64,000 nucleotides of DNA from an uncultured Gemmatimonas sp. (GCA_964535105.1 CAZHSO010000001.1:1779-65778); one strand, 5' to 3'; positions 9,890 to 17,580 are shown, counted from the stretch's first letter. Program-made: numbers and translations. Notes: generated by a model not told the origin, from the letters alone.

Positions 9890-10944
9890 CAGCGGCGACA
9901 CTCCCACTGACCGGCCGCACAATCCGCTTTGCCCTCGCCGGATGCGGGCGCATTTCCGCCAATCACTTCGATGCGCTCGCCGCGCATCCCGATGATGCGG
10001 AGCTCGTCGCCGTCGCCGATATCGACCCCGCTGCCCTCCAGCGGGCGATGACTGCGACCCACGTCCCGGGCTTTCCCTCTCTCACGCATCTTCTGGCCGG
10101 CTCGACCCCCGACGTGGTCATCCTGGCCACGCCGAGCGGCCTGCATGCATCCCAGGCGATGGAGGTCGCGCGCGCCGGGCGGCATGTAATGACCGAAAAG
10201 CCGATGGCCACCCAGTGGGAAGACGGCAAGGCGATGGTGCAGGCCTGCGAGGCCGCGGGAGTCCGCCTCTTCGTCGTGAAGCAGAATCGCAGCAATCCCA
10301 CCCTGCAGCTCCTCAAGCGCGCGGTGACCGAAGGGCGTTTCGGCCGGATCTGTCTGGTGACGGTGAACGTGTTCTGGAACCGTCCCCAGTCCTACTATGA
10401 CAGCGCGCCGTGGCGGGGAACTTGGGCGCTCGACGGCGGGGCGTTCATGAACCAGGCCAGCCACTACGTGGACATGCTCGACTGGCTGGTTGGTCCCGTG
10501 GAGAGCGTGCAGGCCTATACCGCCACGCTGGCCCGGCGGATCGAAGCCGAGGATTCCGGTGTGCTGGCGCTGCGCTGGCGCGCAGGCGCCCTGGGCTCGG
10601 TCAACGTCACCATGCTGACCTACCCCAAGAATCTCGAGGGGTCGGTGACGGTGCTGGGCGAGCGCGGCACCGCGCGCGTGGGCGGCGTCGCGGTCAACCG
10701 GATCGAGCACTGGGAGTTTGACGCGCCGCACCCGATGGACGAGGAGATCGAGCGGGCGAGCTACGAAACGACGTCGGTGTATGGGAAGGGCCATCAGCGC
10801 TACTATCGGAACGTGATCGATGTTCTCCGCGGAACGGCCACCCCGGAGACCGACGGCAGGGAAGGGCTCCGCTCGCTCGAGATCCTGGTCGCCACCTACC
10901 TCTCCGCGCGCGACGGGCGCCGGGTTTCTCTGCCGCTGGAGTAG
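9886..10944 (+). CDS. Gfo/Idh/MocA-family NAD-dependent sugar oxidoreductase
   Basis: The protein-like sequence starts at GTG 9886 (VTAATLPLTGRTIRFALAGCGRISANHF). This GTGA overlaps the hflX stop. The listed ORF start at 9496 lies inside hflX and reads as Gly/Arg junk. Confidence 0.85.
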   Translation: MTAATLPLTGRTIRFALAGCGRISANHFDALAAHPDDAELVAVADIDPAALQRAMTATHVPGFPSLTHLLAGSTPDVVILATPSGLHASQAMEVARAGRHVMTEKPMATQWEDGKAMVQACEAAGVRLFVVKQNRSNPTLQLLKRAVTEGRFGRICLVTVNVFWNRPQSYYDSAPWRGTWALDGGAFMNQASHYVDMLDWLVGPVESVQAYTATLARRIEAEDSGVLALRWRAGALGSVNVTMLTYPKNLEGSVTVLGERGTARVGGVAVNRIEHWEFDAPHPMDEEIERASYETTSVYGKGHQRYYRNVIDVLRGTATPETDGREGLRSLEILVATYLSARDGRRVSLPLE

Positions 10945-10990
10945 CCGGTATCGTGTCGGCGGGACTCCGGGAGGCGGAGCTGGTTCCCGA

Positions 10991-12082
10991 TTACGCGCCG
11001 CGCGCAGGCTGATTCCGGCGCGCGAGCACCTGCTCCCAGAACGTCAGCGTCCGCTGCGCCACCGCCGAATCGACGAATTCCTCGAGAATGCGTCGCCGGG
11101 CCCGCTCTCCCATGGTCCGGACCCGGGCGGGATCCGCGAGCAGCTCCTGCAGGGTGTTCACCATTCCTTCTCGATCGTCCACGACGATCCCCGCGTCGCC
11201 CACCAGCTCGGGAAGCGCCCCTGCGCGGGTGACGACCGGCGCGATGCCCCGGGCCATTGCCTCGAGCAGCACCGGGTTGGAGCGGTCGACCCAGGTCGAG
11301 GTATCGTGCGATGGGACCACGAGGCAGTCGATCTCTTCCCAGACCGGAGTCAGCTCGCTCCGCGGCACGCCACCGAGCCAGCGAATCCGCGAGGCCAGGC
11401 CGAGTCGCTGCGCCAGCGCCTCCAGCGCTTCCTGCTCGGGGCCGGTGCCCACGATGGTGAGGGTCCAGGCGCCCATGACCCCCGCGGCGGCACGCAGCAG
11501 CATTTCGCCACCGCGCTCGGGAACGAGGCGGCCGATGAAGCCGAGACGGATGCCGCGGCGCAACTCGCCTCGGAAGACTGGCGGCTCCGGGGTCACCCCG
11601 AACTGGGGTAGCATGGCACGGAGTGCGGCGGGCGCCGCCTCGGCGAGGAGGTCGGCGGCCATGCGATTCCCGCCGATGACACCTGCCGCCTCGGCGAGTG
11701 TCGCACGATAGCGGCGACCCTCGAAGAGTCCCCGGCGGCGGCGCAGACTCTCGGCGCTGAACACGACGCACGGAATCCGCAGCCGGCGCGCCGCGGATGC
11801 CAGCGCAGCGGCGGCCTGGGTGCCTGGGGGCTCCTCGATGTGGACGAGGTCGGGCCGGAAGTCGGACAGGATGCGGCGGAGCGCCCGGGCGTTCCAGTCG
11901 AGCCGGGTAGGATCGGCGCGGTCCCCCTTCACGGGAACCGGGGTCAGGCGGATGCCGCCGTCGAGTGCGAGGGAGCCGCCCGGGAGGGCGACCGTGAGAT
12001 CGACACCGAGCCCGGCGAGCGCACGGAGTTTGCCGCGAGTTGGAGGATCGGCGTAGAGATGGGAGAGAATGAGCGCCCGCAC
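10991..12082 (-). CDS. GT4-family glycosyltransferase
   Basis: GT-B fold pattern. The C-terminal half carries the E-x7-E-like region (LLEAMARGIAPVVT) typical of Glycos_transf_1. Confidence 0.8.
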   Translation of the reverse strand: MRALILSHLYADPPTRGKLRALAGLGVDLTVALPGGSLALDGGIRLTPVPVKGDRADPTRLDWNARALRRILSDFRPDLVHIEEPPGTQAAAALASAARRLRIPCVVFSAESLRRRRGLFEGRRYRATLAEAAGVIGGNRMAADLLAEAAPAALRAMLPQFGVTPEPPVFRGELRRGIRLGFIGRLVPERGGEMLLRAAAGVMGAWTLTIVGTGPEQEALEALAQRLGLASRIRWLGGVPRSELTPVWEEIDCLVVPSHDTSTWVDRSNPVLLEAMARGIAPVVTRAGALPELVGDAGIVVDDREGMVNTLQELLADPARVRTMGERARRRILEEFVDSAVAQRTLTFWEQVLARRNQPARGA

Positions 12083-12163
12083 GGGGGGAATTTAGCGAGG
12101 GCGGGCGTCGAATCGGCAGAACCGTGCTGCGAAGTTTGGGTGAGGACGATAAGTTTGGAGCGC

Positions 12164-12238
12164 GGGCCCTTAGCTCAGCCTGGTTAGAGCAGCGGACTCA
12201 TAATCCGTAGCGCGCTGGTTCAAATCCAGCAGGGCCCA
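12164..12238 (+). tRNA. elongator-type tRNA with CAU anticodon (Met or lysidine-dependent Ile2)
   Basis: Manual cloverleaf: acceptor GGGCCCT/AGGGCCC, D arm GCTC/GAGC, anticodon stem GCGGA/TCCGT with loop CTCATAA, T arm GCTGG-TTCAAAT-CCAGC, discriminator A, no encoded CCA. It is not an initiator, because it has a 1:72 pair and lacks the GGG/CCC anticodon stem. Confidence 0.9.
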
Positions 12239-12244
12239 TGACAG

Positions 12245-12318
12245 AGGCAAAGTGGCAAAGAGGCAAAGAGGCAAGGAGGAAAGAGGCGACGACCTTGCCT
12301 CCTAGCCTCCTTGCCTCT
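12245..12318. terminator. GGCAAAG-repeat hairpin downstream of tRNA(CAU)
   Basis: aggcaaagtggcaaagaggcaaagaggcaaggagg followed by the complementary cctccttgcctct. The 13-bp stem is 12267-12279 / 12306-12318, with an inner small hairpin, then a gtgcttcttcgt tract. Confidence 0.6.
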
Positions 12319-12331
12319 GTGCTTCTTCGTA

Positions 12332-12375
12332 TGAGCGATGAACGGCTCGAACCCCCGACCTCGCGCATGTGAGGC
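12332..12375 (-). repeat. tRNA-Val 3'-half copy A (att-like direct repeat)
   Basis: 41/44 identical to 20969-21012, which runs from the discriminator through the T arm and variable loop to the anticodon loop CTCACAT of the intact tRNA-Val. No 5' half is present. Confidence 0.85.
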
Positions 12376-12632
12376 GGATGGGGACCGCGTACCTGCGTCG
12401 ATGCCTCCGTTGGCACATTGGCTGACACGGTCTCTCAGCGGCCGGTGGCGCGAGGTTGGGCTCAGCGCCCGGCGCGGGCGGAGGGAGTTCGCGTTCCGGG
12501 ACCCAATAGACCTCAAGAGGAATATTGCAAGGTTTTCTTATAGCCCGTCCATCGCGGCATCGAGGGGCCGGGGCGGAATCGCGGAGGGCAATGCCGGTCT
12601 TCGCTGGAGATGGCTGGAGACGCCACGCCCAA

Positions 12633-12662
12633 TTGACAATCCGTGTCTGAAGTTGGTAGGAT
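12633..12662 (+). promoter_or_regulatory. candidate sigma70-type promoter for the Big_1 lipoprotein operon
   Basis: TTGACA (12633-12638), an 18-nt spacer, then TAGGAT (12657-12662), about 25-90 nt upstream of the candidate starts. Pattern match only. Confidence 0.35.
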
Positions 12663-12686
12663 CCTCACAATTGGCGTATCTTCGTT

Positions 12687-14387
12687 TTGGACTGCGGGGC
12701 GCAGACTCCAGAGCATTCGGTAGGTCCGCTTTCACGACGGGCATTCACAGTGGCTACCCTATTCATCCAGAGTTTCGGTCGAGCACGCTTGGCGCTCCTC
12801 GGAGCGGCGATCGGATTCGCGAGCCTTGCCGGATGCGGCGAGACCACCGTCAATGCGCCGCTCCCGGCAGCGCGGGTGGAGGCCGTGGCGGGCCCGGCGC
12901 TGCTTGGTCCCGCGGGACTGCTCCTCCCCGATCCGATCGAGGTCCGCGTCTTCGGTAGCGACAATCAGGAGTTGCCAGGAGCGACCGTGACCTTCAGCGC
13001 CGCAAACGGAGGCTCCGTGAATCCCGCGACCGCGACGACCGATGGGAACGGTGTCGCCGGCACCCGCTGGACACTCGGGCAGACGGCTGGGCCGAACGTC
13101 CTTACGGCCACCGCCGCGAGCGGCGTATCCACTACGATCACCGCCACCGCGACTGCGGGCCGCGCGGCGACCGTCACCGGGCTAGCCGGTGCCAATCAGA
13201 CCGCGGCCGCCGGCACCGCCGTCCCGATCGCGCCCAGCGTGCGTGTCGTCGATGCCTTCGGCAATCTGGTGGCAGGCGCCCCGGTGACCTTCACGGTTCT
13301 CTCGGGCGGCGGCCGGGTGACCAATGGCCTGACCGTCACCAACTCGCAGGGCATCGCCACCGTGGGCAGCTGGATCCTCGGCCCCGCCGCGGGGGCACAG
13401 ACATTGGCCGCGAGGGTCGAAGAGAATGGGGTGACCAACAATCCGATCGTCTTCACCGCTACCGGGGTGGCGGGTCCGCCCGCCACGATGGTCGCTGTCT
13501 CCCAGACCACGCAGACGGCCCTGACCGGTTCCAACGTCAACGATCCGCCGAGCGTGATCGTGCGGGACGCGTCAGGCATACCGGTATCGGGGCTCGTCGT
13601 GACGTTCACCGTGACGGTCGGTGGTGGAAGTGTTGTCGGCTCGCCGGTCACGACCAACGCCAGCGGCGTTGCGACGCTCACCTCGTGGAGGCTCGGTGTG
13701 GTGGCCGGGCTCAACACCTTGATCGCCACCGCGCCCGGGCTTCCGAGCGTGACCTTCAACGCGACGGGCACCTCGGGCTCGCCGGCCACCGTCGTCGTGA
13801 GCGCCGGCGCCAATCAGGTAGCGCTGCAAGGTACAGCCGTGGCCCAGCCGCCGACCGTCAAGGTGACGGATGTCAACGGCAACGCGGTGGTCGGGGCGAC
13901 TGTGACGTTTGCCGTGATACTCGGCGGCGGGTCGGCCAATGGGTTGAACCAGGTCACCGACGTGCTCGGATTCGCGGGGGTTGGCAGCTGGACCCTCGGC
14001 AGCGGGGCCCCCAACACCCTCGGGGCGACGGTCACGGGGTCCGGCATCATCGGCAACCCGGTCACATTTACCGCCCAGTCGGCCACCCAGATCACGGTCG
14101 TGAGCGTCGTGCCCAGTGGGTCGATCGCCCTCGGGACGAACTTTGCCATCACGGTGCAGTTGCTGAACTCGGTCGCCGCCGCCGTCGCGCTGTCGGGCAG
14201 GCCGCTGACCATTTCCATCGCCTCGGGTGGCGGCATCCTCAACGGCACGCTGACACGGACCACGGATGCCAACGGCGCGGTGAGCTTCACGCTCCTCAAC
14301 GTGACCGGGGTGGCGGGCGTCCGCACCTTCACGATCACCGGGGCCGGGCTGCTTTCCGCGACGACCGGCGCGATCACATTTAACTGA
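12687..14387 (+). CDS. surface lipoprotein with five tandem Ig-like (Big_1 / invasin-type) modules
   Basis: Lipobox LLGAAIGFASLAGC, followed by five ~95-100 aa modules that each repeat the pattern ...P.V.V.D..GN.V.GA.VTF.V..GGG......TD..G.A.....LG...G...L.A.... GTG 12750 is an alternative start. Confidence 0.8.
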   Translation: MDCGAQTPEHSVGPLSRRAFTVATLFIQSFGRARLALLGAAIGFASLAGCGETTVNAPLPAARVEAVAGPALLGPAGLLLPDPIEVRVFGSDNQELPGATVTFSAANGGSVNPATATTDGNGVAGTRWTLGQTAGPNVLTATAASGVSTTITATATAGRAATVTGLAGANQTAAAGTAVPIAPSVRVVDAFGNLVAGAPVTFTVLSGGGRVTNGLTVTNSQGIATVGSWILGPAAGAQTLAARVEENGVTNNPIVFTATGVAGPPATMVAVSQTTQTALTGSNVNDPPSVIVRDASGIPVSGLVVTFTVTVGGGSVVGSPVTTNASGVATLTSWRLGVVAGLNTLIATAPGLPSVTFNATGTSGSPATVVVSAGANQVALQGTAVAQPPTVKVTDVNGNAVVGATVTFAVILGGGSANGLNQVTDVLGFAGVGSWTLGSGAPNTLGATVTGSGIIGNPVTFTAQSATQITVVSVVPSGSIALGTNFAITVQLLNSVAAAVALSGRPLTISIASGGGILNGTLTRTTDANGAVSFTLLNVTGVAGVRTFTITGAGLLSATTGAITFN

Positions 14388-15061
14388 TGACTATCACCAT
14401 GAGCCGCGAATCGATGAACGTGATGGCAACGGCGCGCCGGGCAGTCGGGCTCGTGGCCGGTGCGTTGATGGCGGCGACGGTCGCGAGTGCGCAAGTCCAG
14501 CAAACCGCGGGCGGGTGGCGGATCGGGGCCTCGACTGGCGGGTACGTGCCCCACTCCTCGCTCATCAGGGCCGCCGACTCCAACGACACGCGGCTTGGGG
14601 CCGGGCCGGCTTTCTCGCTCGACCTGCAGTATCTGGCATCCAGGTTCGTCTCGGTCTACGCGAATGGCCTCCTGAGCTTCGGGACGATCACATTCGGGAG
14701 CTCGATCCGCCCATCGGTGGTCGGCCCATCCAACCAGGTGATGCTGACGGCTGGCACGGCGGGGCTGCTGCTCACGGCCAACGGCTGGCTCGGAGAGCAT
14801 GTCCAGCCGACCCTCCGGCTCGGCGGCGGGTTCAAGTGGTACTCCTTCGATCTCACCGATACCCGGAGCCAGGTGCGGCCGACCGTTGACATCGGCCTGG
14901 GCTTTCGCGGTGTCGGCAGCGGACCAATCGAGGTGACGGCGGAGGTACGGTACCTGCTGAGCTCGTTCGATCAGGGCAAGCTGCCCACCCGAGGCATCGC
15001 CCCCCAGGCCCAGCGGCAGAACGACCTGGTCTTCGCGATCGGGTTCGGGATCCGACCCTAG
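14387..15061 (+). CDS. outer-membrane beta-barrel protein (OmpW/OprG-like size class)
   Basis: TGATG overlap with the upstream gene. Signal peptide ...AATVASAQ. Alternating hydrophobic beta-strand pattern with aromatic girdle residues over ~200 aa mature length. Confidence 0.6.
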   Translation: MTITMSRESMNVMATARRAVGLVAGALMAATVASAQVQQTAGGWRIGASTGGYVPHSSLIRAADSNDTRLGAGPAFSLDLQYLASRFVSVYANGLLSFGTITFGSSIRPSVVGPSNQVMLTAGTAGLLLTANGWLGEHVQPTLRLGGGFKWYSFDLTDTRSQVRPTVDIGLGFRGVGSGPIEVTAEVRYLLSSFDQGKLPTRGIAPQAQRQNDLVFAIGFGIRP

Positions 15062-15154
15062 TCAGTCGCGGGCCTGATGGTGATCCGGAGGGTGCTCGCC
15101 CGTCTTCGACAACCCGCTCCGGACGAAGCTGTTCCGCCATGTCCCAACGAGAAA

Positions 15155-15190
15155 GCCCCGTCCGCGTAAGCGATGACGGGGCTTCTTCGT
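15155..15190. terminator. bidirectional terminator-like hairpin (uninterrupted paralogue of the intron target site)
   Basis: GCCCCGTC (15155-15162) pairs with GACGGGGC (15175-15182), followed by TTCTTCGT. It is nearly identical to the hairpin at 16901-16929. Confidence 0.7.
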
Positions 15191-15197
15191 TCAAGCA

Positions 15198-15241
15198 TGG
15201 GCGCTGAGGGGCTCGAGCCCCCGACCTCGCACATGTGAGGC
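15198..15241 (-). repeat. tRNA-Val 3'-half copy B (att-like direct repeat)
   Basis: 41/44 identical to 20969-21012. Same orientation and same end points as copies A and C. Confidence 0.85.
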
Positions 15242-15596
15242 CGCTGAAGCCCGCGCACCGGCAACGACCGGCGCGAAAGAGCAACAACTTACGGATTTTT
15301 CCCCGCGTGGCTTCGCCGGCTCTCGCGGGACCCTTTGGCCCATAGCTGACACTCAGAGCGTCGGACGCTTTCGCTATTGCGGACGCATAAGTGCCTTCCC
15401 AGGTTGCCGTAGTCACCGTGCTGCGCTGGGCACGCCAGCCGAATGGCTGCTTGCGCCCGGCTGTTGTCCGCGAGAACGGGCGAGTTTCGCGCATCTCGCG
15501 ACGCCGACGCCCTGAGAGCTCCGCGACGCCGGGGGTGAGGGAAACGGGGTGAGTGCTGCAGTCGGCCCACCCCGTCCCTCTTTCCCTGCTTGCCGC

Positions 15597-16316
15597 CTAA
15601 TGCGCCGGGTGCGGGGACCTGGTGCAGTCTCCACCGATCTCAGTCGTCGAGATCGGGTAGAAGCGGAACTGCGCCAAGCGGAGCCCGGTGTTCTCGTAGT
15701 GCCAGAAGTAGTCTTCGCCCAGGCTCGAGAATAGCGGAACGAGCCCGAGCGTCCCGTCGACGTCGGCGCAGACCTGCAGCAACTGCTTGCTCACGTCGAT
15801 GAATTTCGGAGGAGTCACCTTGTTCAGCGGCACGATCAGGTCACCGGCATTGCACCAGGTCGAGGCGGTCGAGAACTCGGTGAAGCAGGTCCGGATGGTG
15901 GCGCTGCCCTTGTTACCGCCCAGGGCGCGCACCCACACGGAGTACGCAAGGGTCCCGTCCCCGTTGTCCGGGTTGGGGAGCCAGAAGTCGGCGTCGCCGT
16001 CGCTGTCCAGGCAGTTGTAGTCGGTCACCGCGTAATCGCCTTGGTGCAGGAAGATGTCGCACGCCGCAGTGGCGTTCTTGCCAAGCGGCACGAAGATCCG
16101 GTGCCCCTGGCTGTTGGAGTTGTCGACGCTATGGCCCTTCTCCACCCCGATGATGTTCAGCGTGAAGTGCCAGCCGCTGGGGGCGCCGTTTCCGGTCTCA
16201 CTGACGGCGGCGGAGGGCCGCAGCGGGTCCACGGTCGCCGTGGGCTCGCCGGTACAGGCGACCGCTGCCAGCGAGCCAAGGGCGAGAATCACTGCGACTG
16301 CTTTCGTTGGGTACAT
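15597..16316 (-). CDS. hypothetical Cys-rich lipoprotein
   Basis: Lipobox LALGSLAAVAC. Balanced amino-acid composition with 8 Cys and Asp-rich stretches (DSDGDADFWLPNPDNGDG). I recognise no family. A hairpin terminator lies downstream (~15543-15575). Confidence 0.65.
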   Translation of the reverse strand: MYPTKAVAVILALGSLAAVACTGEPTATVDPLRPSAAVSETGNGAPSGWHFTLNIIGVEKGHSVDNSNSQGHRIFVPLGKNATAACDIFLHQGDYAVTDYNCLDSDGDADFWLPNPDNGDGTLAYSVWVRALGGNKGSATIRTCFTEFSTASTWCNAGDLIVPLNKVTPPKFIDVSKQLLQVCADVDGTLGLVPLFSSLGEDYFWHYENTGLRLAQFRFYPISTTEIGGDCTRSPHPAH

Positions 16317-16357
16317 TGTGCACTCCTGTTGTTGGATTGTAATTCACCGGCCACCCT

Positions 16358-16400
16358 AGCCCCTTCGCTTCGCTCAGGGTGACAACCGCACAGGGTGACA
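16358..16400. repeat. GTCACCCTGAG-N3-GCGAAGGG family element (reverse orientation) plus duplicated cagggtgaca
   Basis: agccccttcgcttcgctcagggtgaca is the reverse complement of the motif also seen at 21097-21124 and 46368-46400. cagggtgaca recurs at 16391-16400. Confidence 0.7.
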
Positions 16401-16403
16401 GCC

Positions 16404-16646
16404 TCAGGCCGTTGCGAGCTGGCCCTCTTGCTGCTGGACTGCTTCCGCGCGGAACTCGAAGTGGGCCGCCTGCACGGTCTCGAAATCGCGCGCCGTCTTG
16501 AGCCGGGTGATCCGCCGCCCGAAAATATCCACTCGGCGCACGGTCACACCGGGAAAAATCGGCGACACGTCGTACCACAGACCAGCACTCAGACGCGGAT
16601 ACCGCAAACTGTATTCGGGCTTCAATCGGGCTTGCATGTCGGGCAT
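16404..16646 (-). CDS. hypothetical 80-aa protein
   Basis: Internal ATG of listed ORF 16404..16769 (MPDMQARLKPEYSLRYPRLSAGLWYDV...), with GAGG about 10 nt upstream. Its composition is more protein-like than the antisense ORF. No family recognised. Confidence 0.3.
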   Translation of the reverse strand: MPDMQARLKPEYSLRYPRLSAGLWYDVSPIFPGVTVRRVDIFGRRITRLKTARDFETVQAAHFEFRAEAVQQQEGQLATA

Positions 16647-16900
16647 GGGTCGGCCTCGGGCGCAGGGAATCGCAGGGATTGCTAGTATCAGCGGGCGTGC
16701 AGGAGACCGCAAGATTCGAATAAGCCGACAGTGTTCAGTTTTTTGGCGACGGAATGCCGTTCTCAGCACGCCGTGAGGATCATTGACCGTCCCAGTGCCC
16801 GGGGCTACAGTCGCGACTCGCTTTCGGTATTCTCTTCATCTACGAGCGCATTCATCTGCACCACCGCACGACGCGCCGCGCGGCTGTATGACAACACGAA

Positions 16901-16937
16901 AGCCCCGTCCGCGTAAGCGAGGACGGGGCTTCTTCTT
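16901..16937 (+). terminator. intrinsic-terminator-like hairpin plus T tract serving as the group IIC intron insertion site
   Basis: GCCCCGTCC (16901-16909) pairs with GGACGGGGC (16921-16929), followed by TTCTTCTT. The intron's GTGTG starts at the next base. Confidence 0.75.
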
Positions 16938-17573
16938 GTGTGCCCAGCATGAAAGGTGACTTGGAGGTGCAAGTCCTCTGGGGAGTGGGTCGTAGCGACC
17001 CAAGCAAGCCGCAAGGCCGCGACCGTGAGGAGACGGCTGAAAGAAGCGGGGAGCGAATCTGCGAGCCGAGGAACACGGATCGGATCTGAGGCGCTGCCGA
17101 GCAGGGCGAGCGGGCACGTAACCGCGAAGCCCTCACGACCAAGACTCCGGCGGCGTAAATCCGGCGGTTGCGCGGAGACGGCCACCATTCTTACCTGGGG
17201 AGATCTCGCCTCACGCCTGAACGGACGACGCCGACGGGCAGCATCCAGCGGCGGAGCGAGACGTCAGCCGAGGCCATAGTACCGGGGGGCGCTCCACTCG
17301 GGAAGGGCCGAACGGAAAGGCGAGTAGATGCCGCGAATCTCGATCGTAGTCCCCAGAAATCCGCGCAGGTCGGCGGAGCTCGTGTCGGAGGGTAGGGTGA
17401 ATCCCGAGAGTACGGCACAGTGGGGAAACGCTACGATGGGCGCGGAGGGAGCCCCTGTACTCAGGTCCGCTTCTTCAGGGAGCCTCAACTTTCCGAACCG
17501 CCGTATACGGACCCGTACGTACGGTGGTGTGGGAGGGGACCAGCGGGGATCACCCGCTGGCCCCTATCCCGAT
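16938..17573 (+). mobile_element. ORF-less group II intron, class C (IIC), 636 nt
   Basis: - 5' end is GUGUGCCCAGCAUG.
- Domain V lies at ~17497-17530 (CCGCCGUAUACG-GACC-CGUACGUACGGUGG) with a CGC triad and a 2-nt bulge.
- Domain VI lies at 17531-17570 with a bulged A at 17566, 7 nt before the 3' end (...CCGAU).
- Internal blocks GAGGAACACGG, CCAUUCUUACCUGGGGAG and GCCAUAGUACC match my recollection of the Oceanobacillus iheyensis IIC intron.
- No ORF capable of encoding a reverse transcriptase is present.
- The ends are confirmed by the empty paralogous site at 15155-15205. Confidence 0.85.
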
Positions 17574-17580
17574 TCAATCA

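Noticed and set aside
12338-12958. 206-aa plus-strand ORF spanning att copy A and the lipoprotein leader
   Set aside because: It starts inside the tRNA-Val fragment, crosses a candidate promoter, has an Arg/Gly-rich composition and is out of frame with the convincing lipoprotein ORF.
12687-14387. Diversity-generating retroelement target in the Ig-repeat lipoprotein
   Set aside because: No reverse transcriptase is present, and no template/variable repeat pair with adenine-specific differences was seen. The nearby intron lacks an RT ORF.
15242-15596. Integrase gene remnant next to att copy B (and 17625-17781 next to copy C)
   Set aside because: Six-frame reading gave no R..H..R..Y-type tyrosine recombinase motifs or any protein-like stretch. 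The regions look non-coding, although I cannot exclude a highly decayed fragment without blastx.
17041-17046. AAGAAG in intron domain I as EBS1 pairing with the CTTCTT 5' exon
   Set aside because: The hexamer lies inside a block (CUGAAAGAAGCGG) that also appears conserved in the O. iheyensis intron as I recall it. It is therefore probably a structural motif rather than a target-specific EBS. This is not decisive without a secondary-structure alignment.
16938-17573. Structured RNA first considered as tmRNA or RNase P RNA, because of the adjacent tRNA-like 3' end
   Set aside because: - The tRNA-like piece (17581-17624) is on the opposite strand and is a tRNA-Val fragment.
- There is no tag ORF and no GAGGAAAGUCC-type P4 motif.
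- Plus-strand GUGUG, domain V and domain VI fit a group II intron instead.
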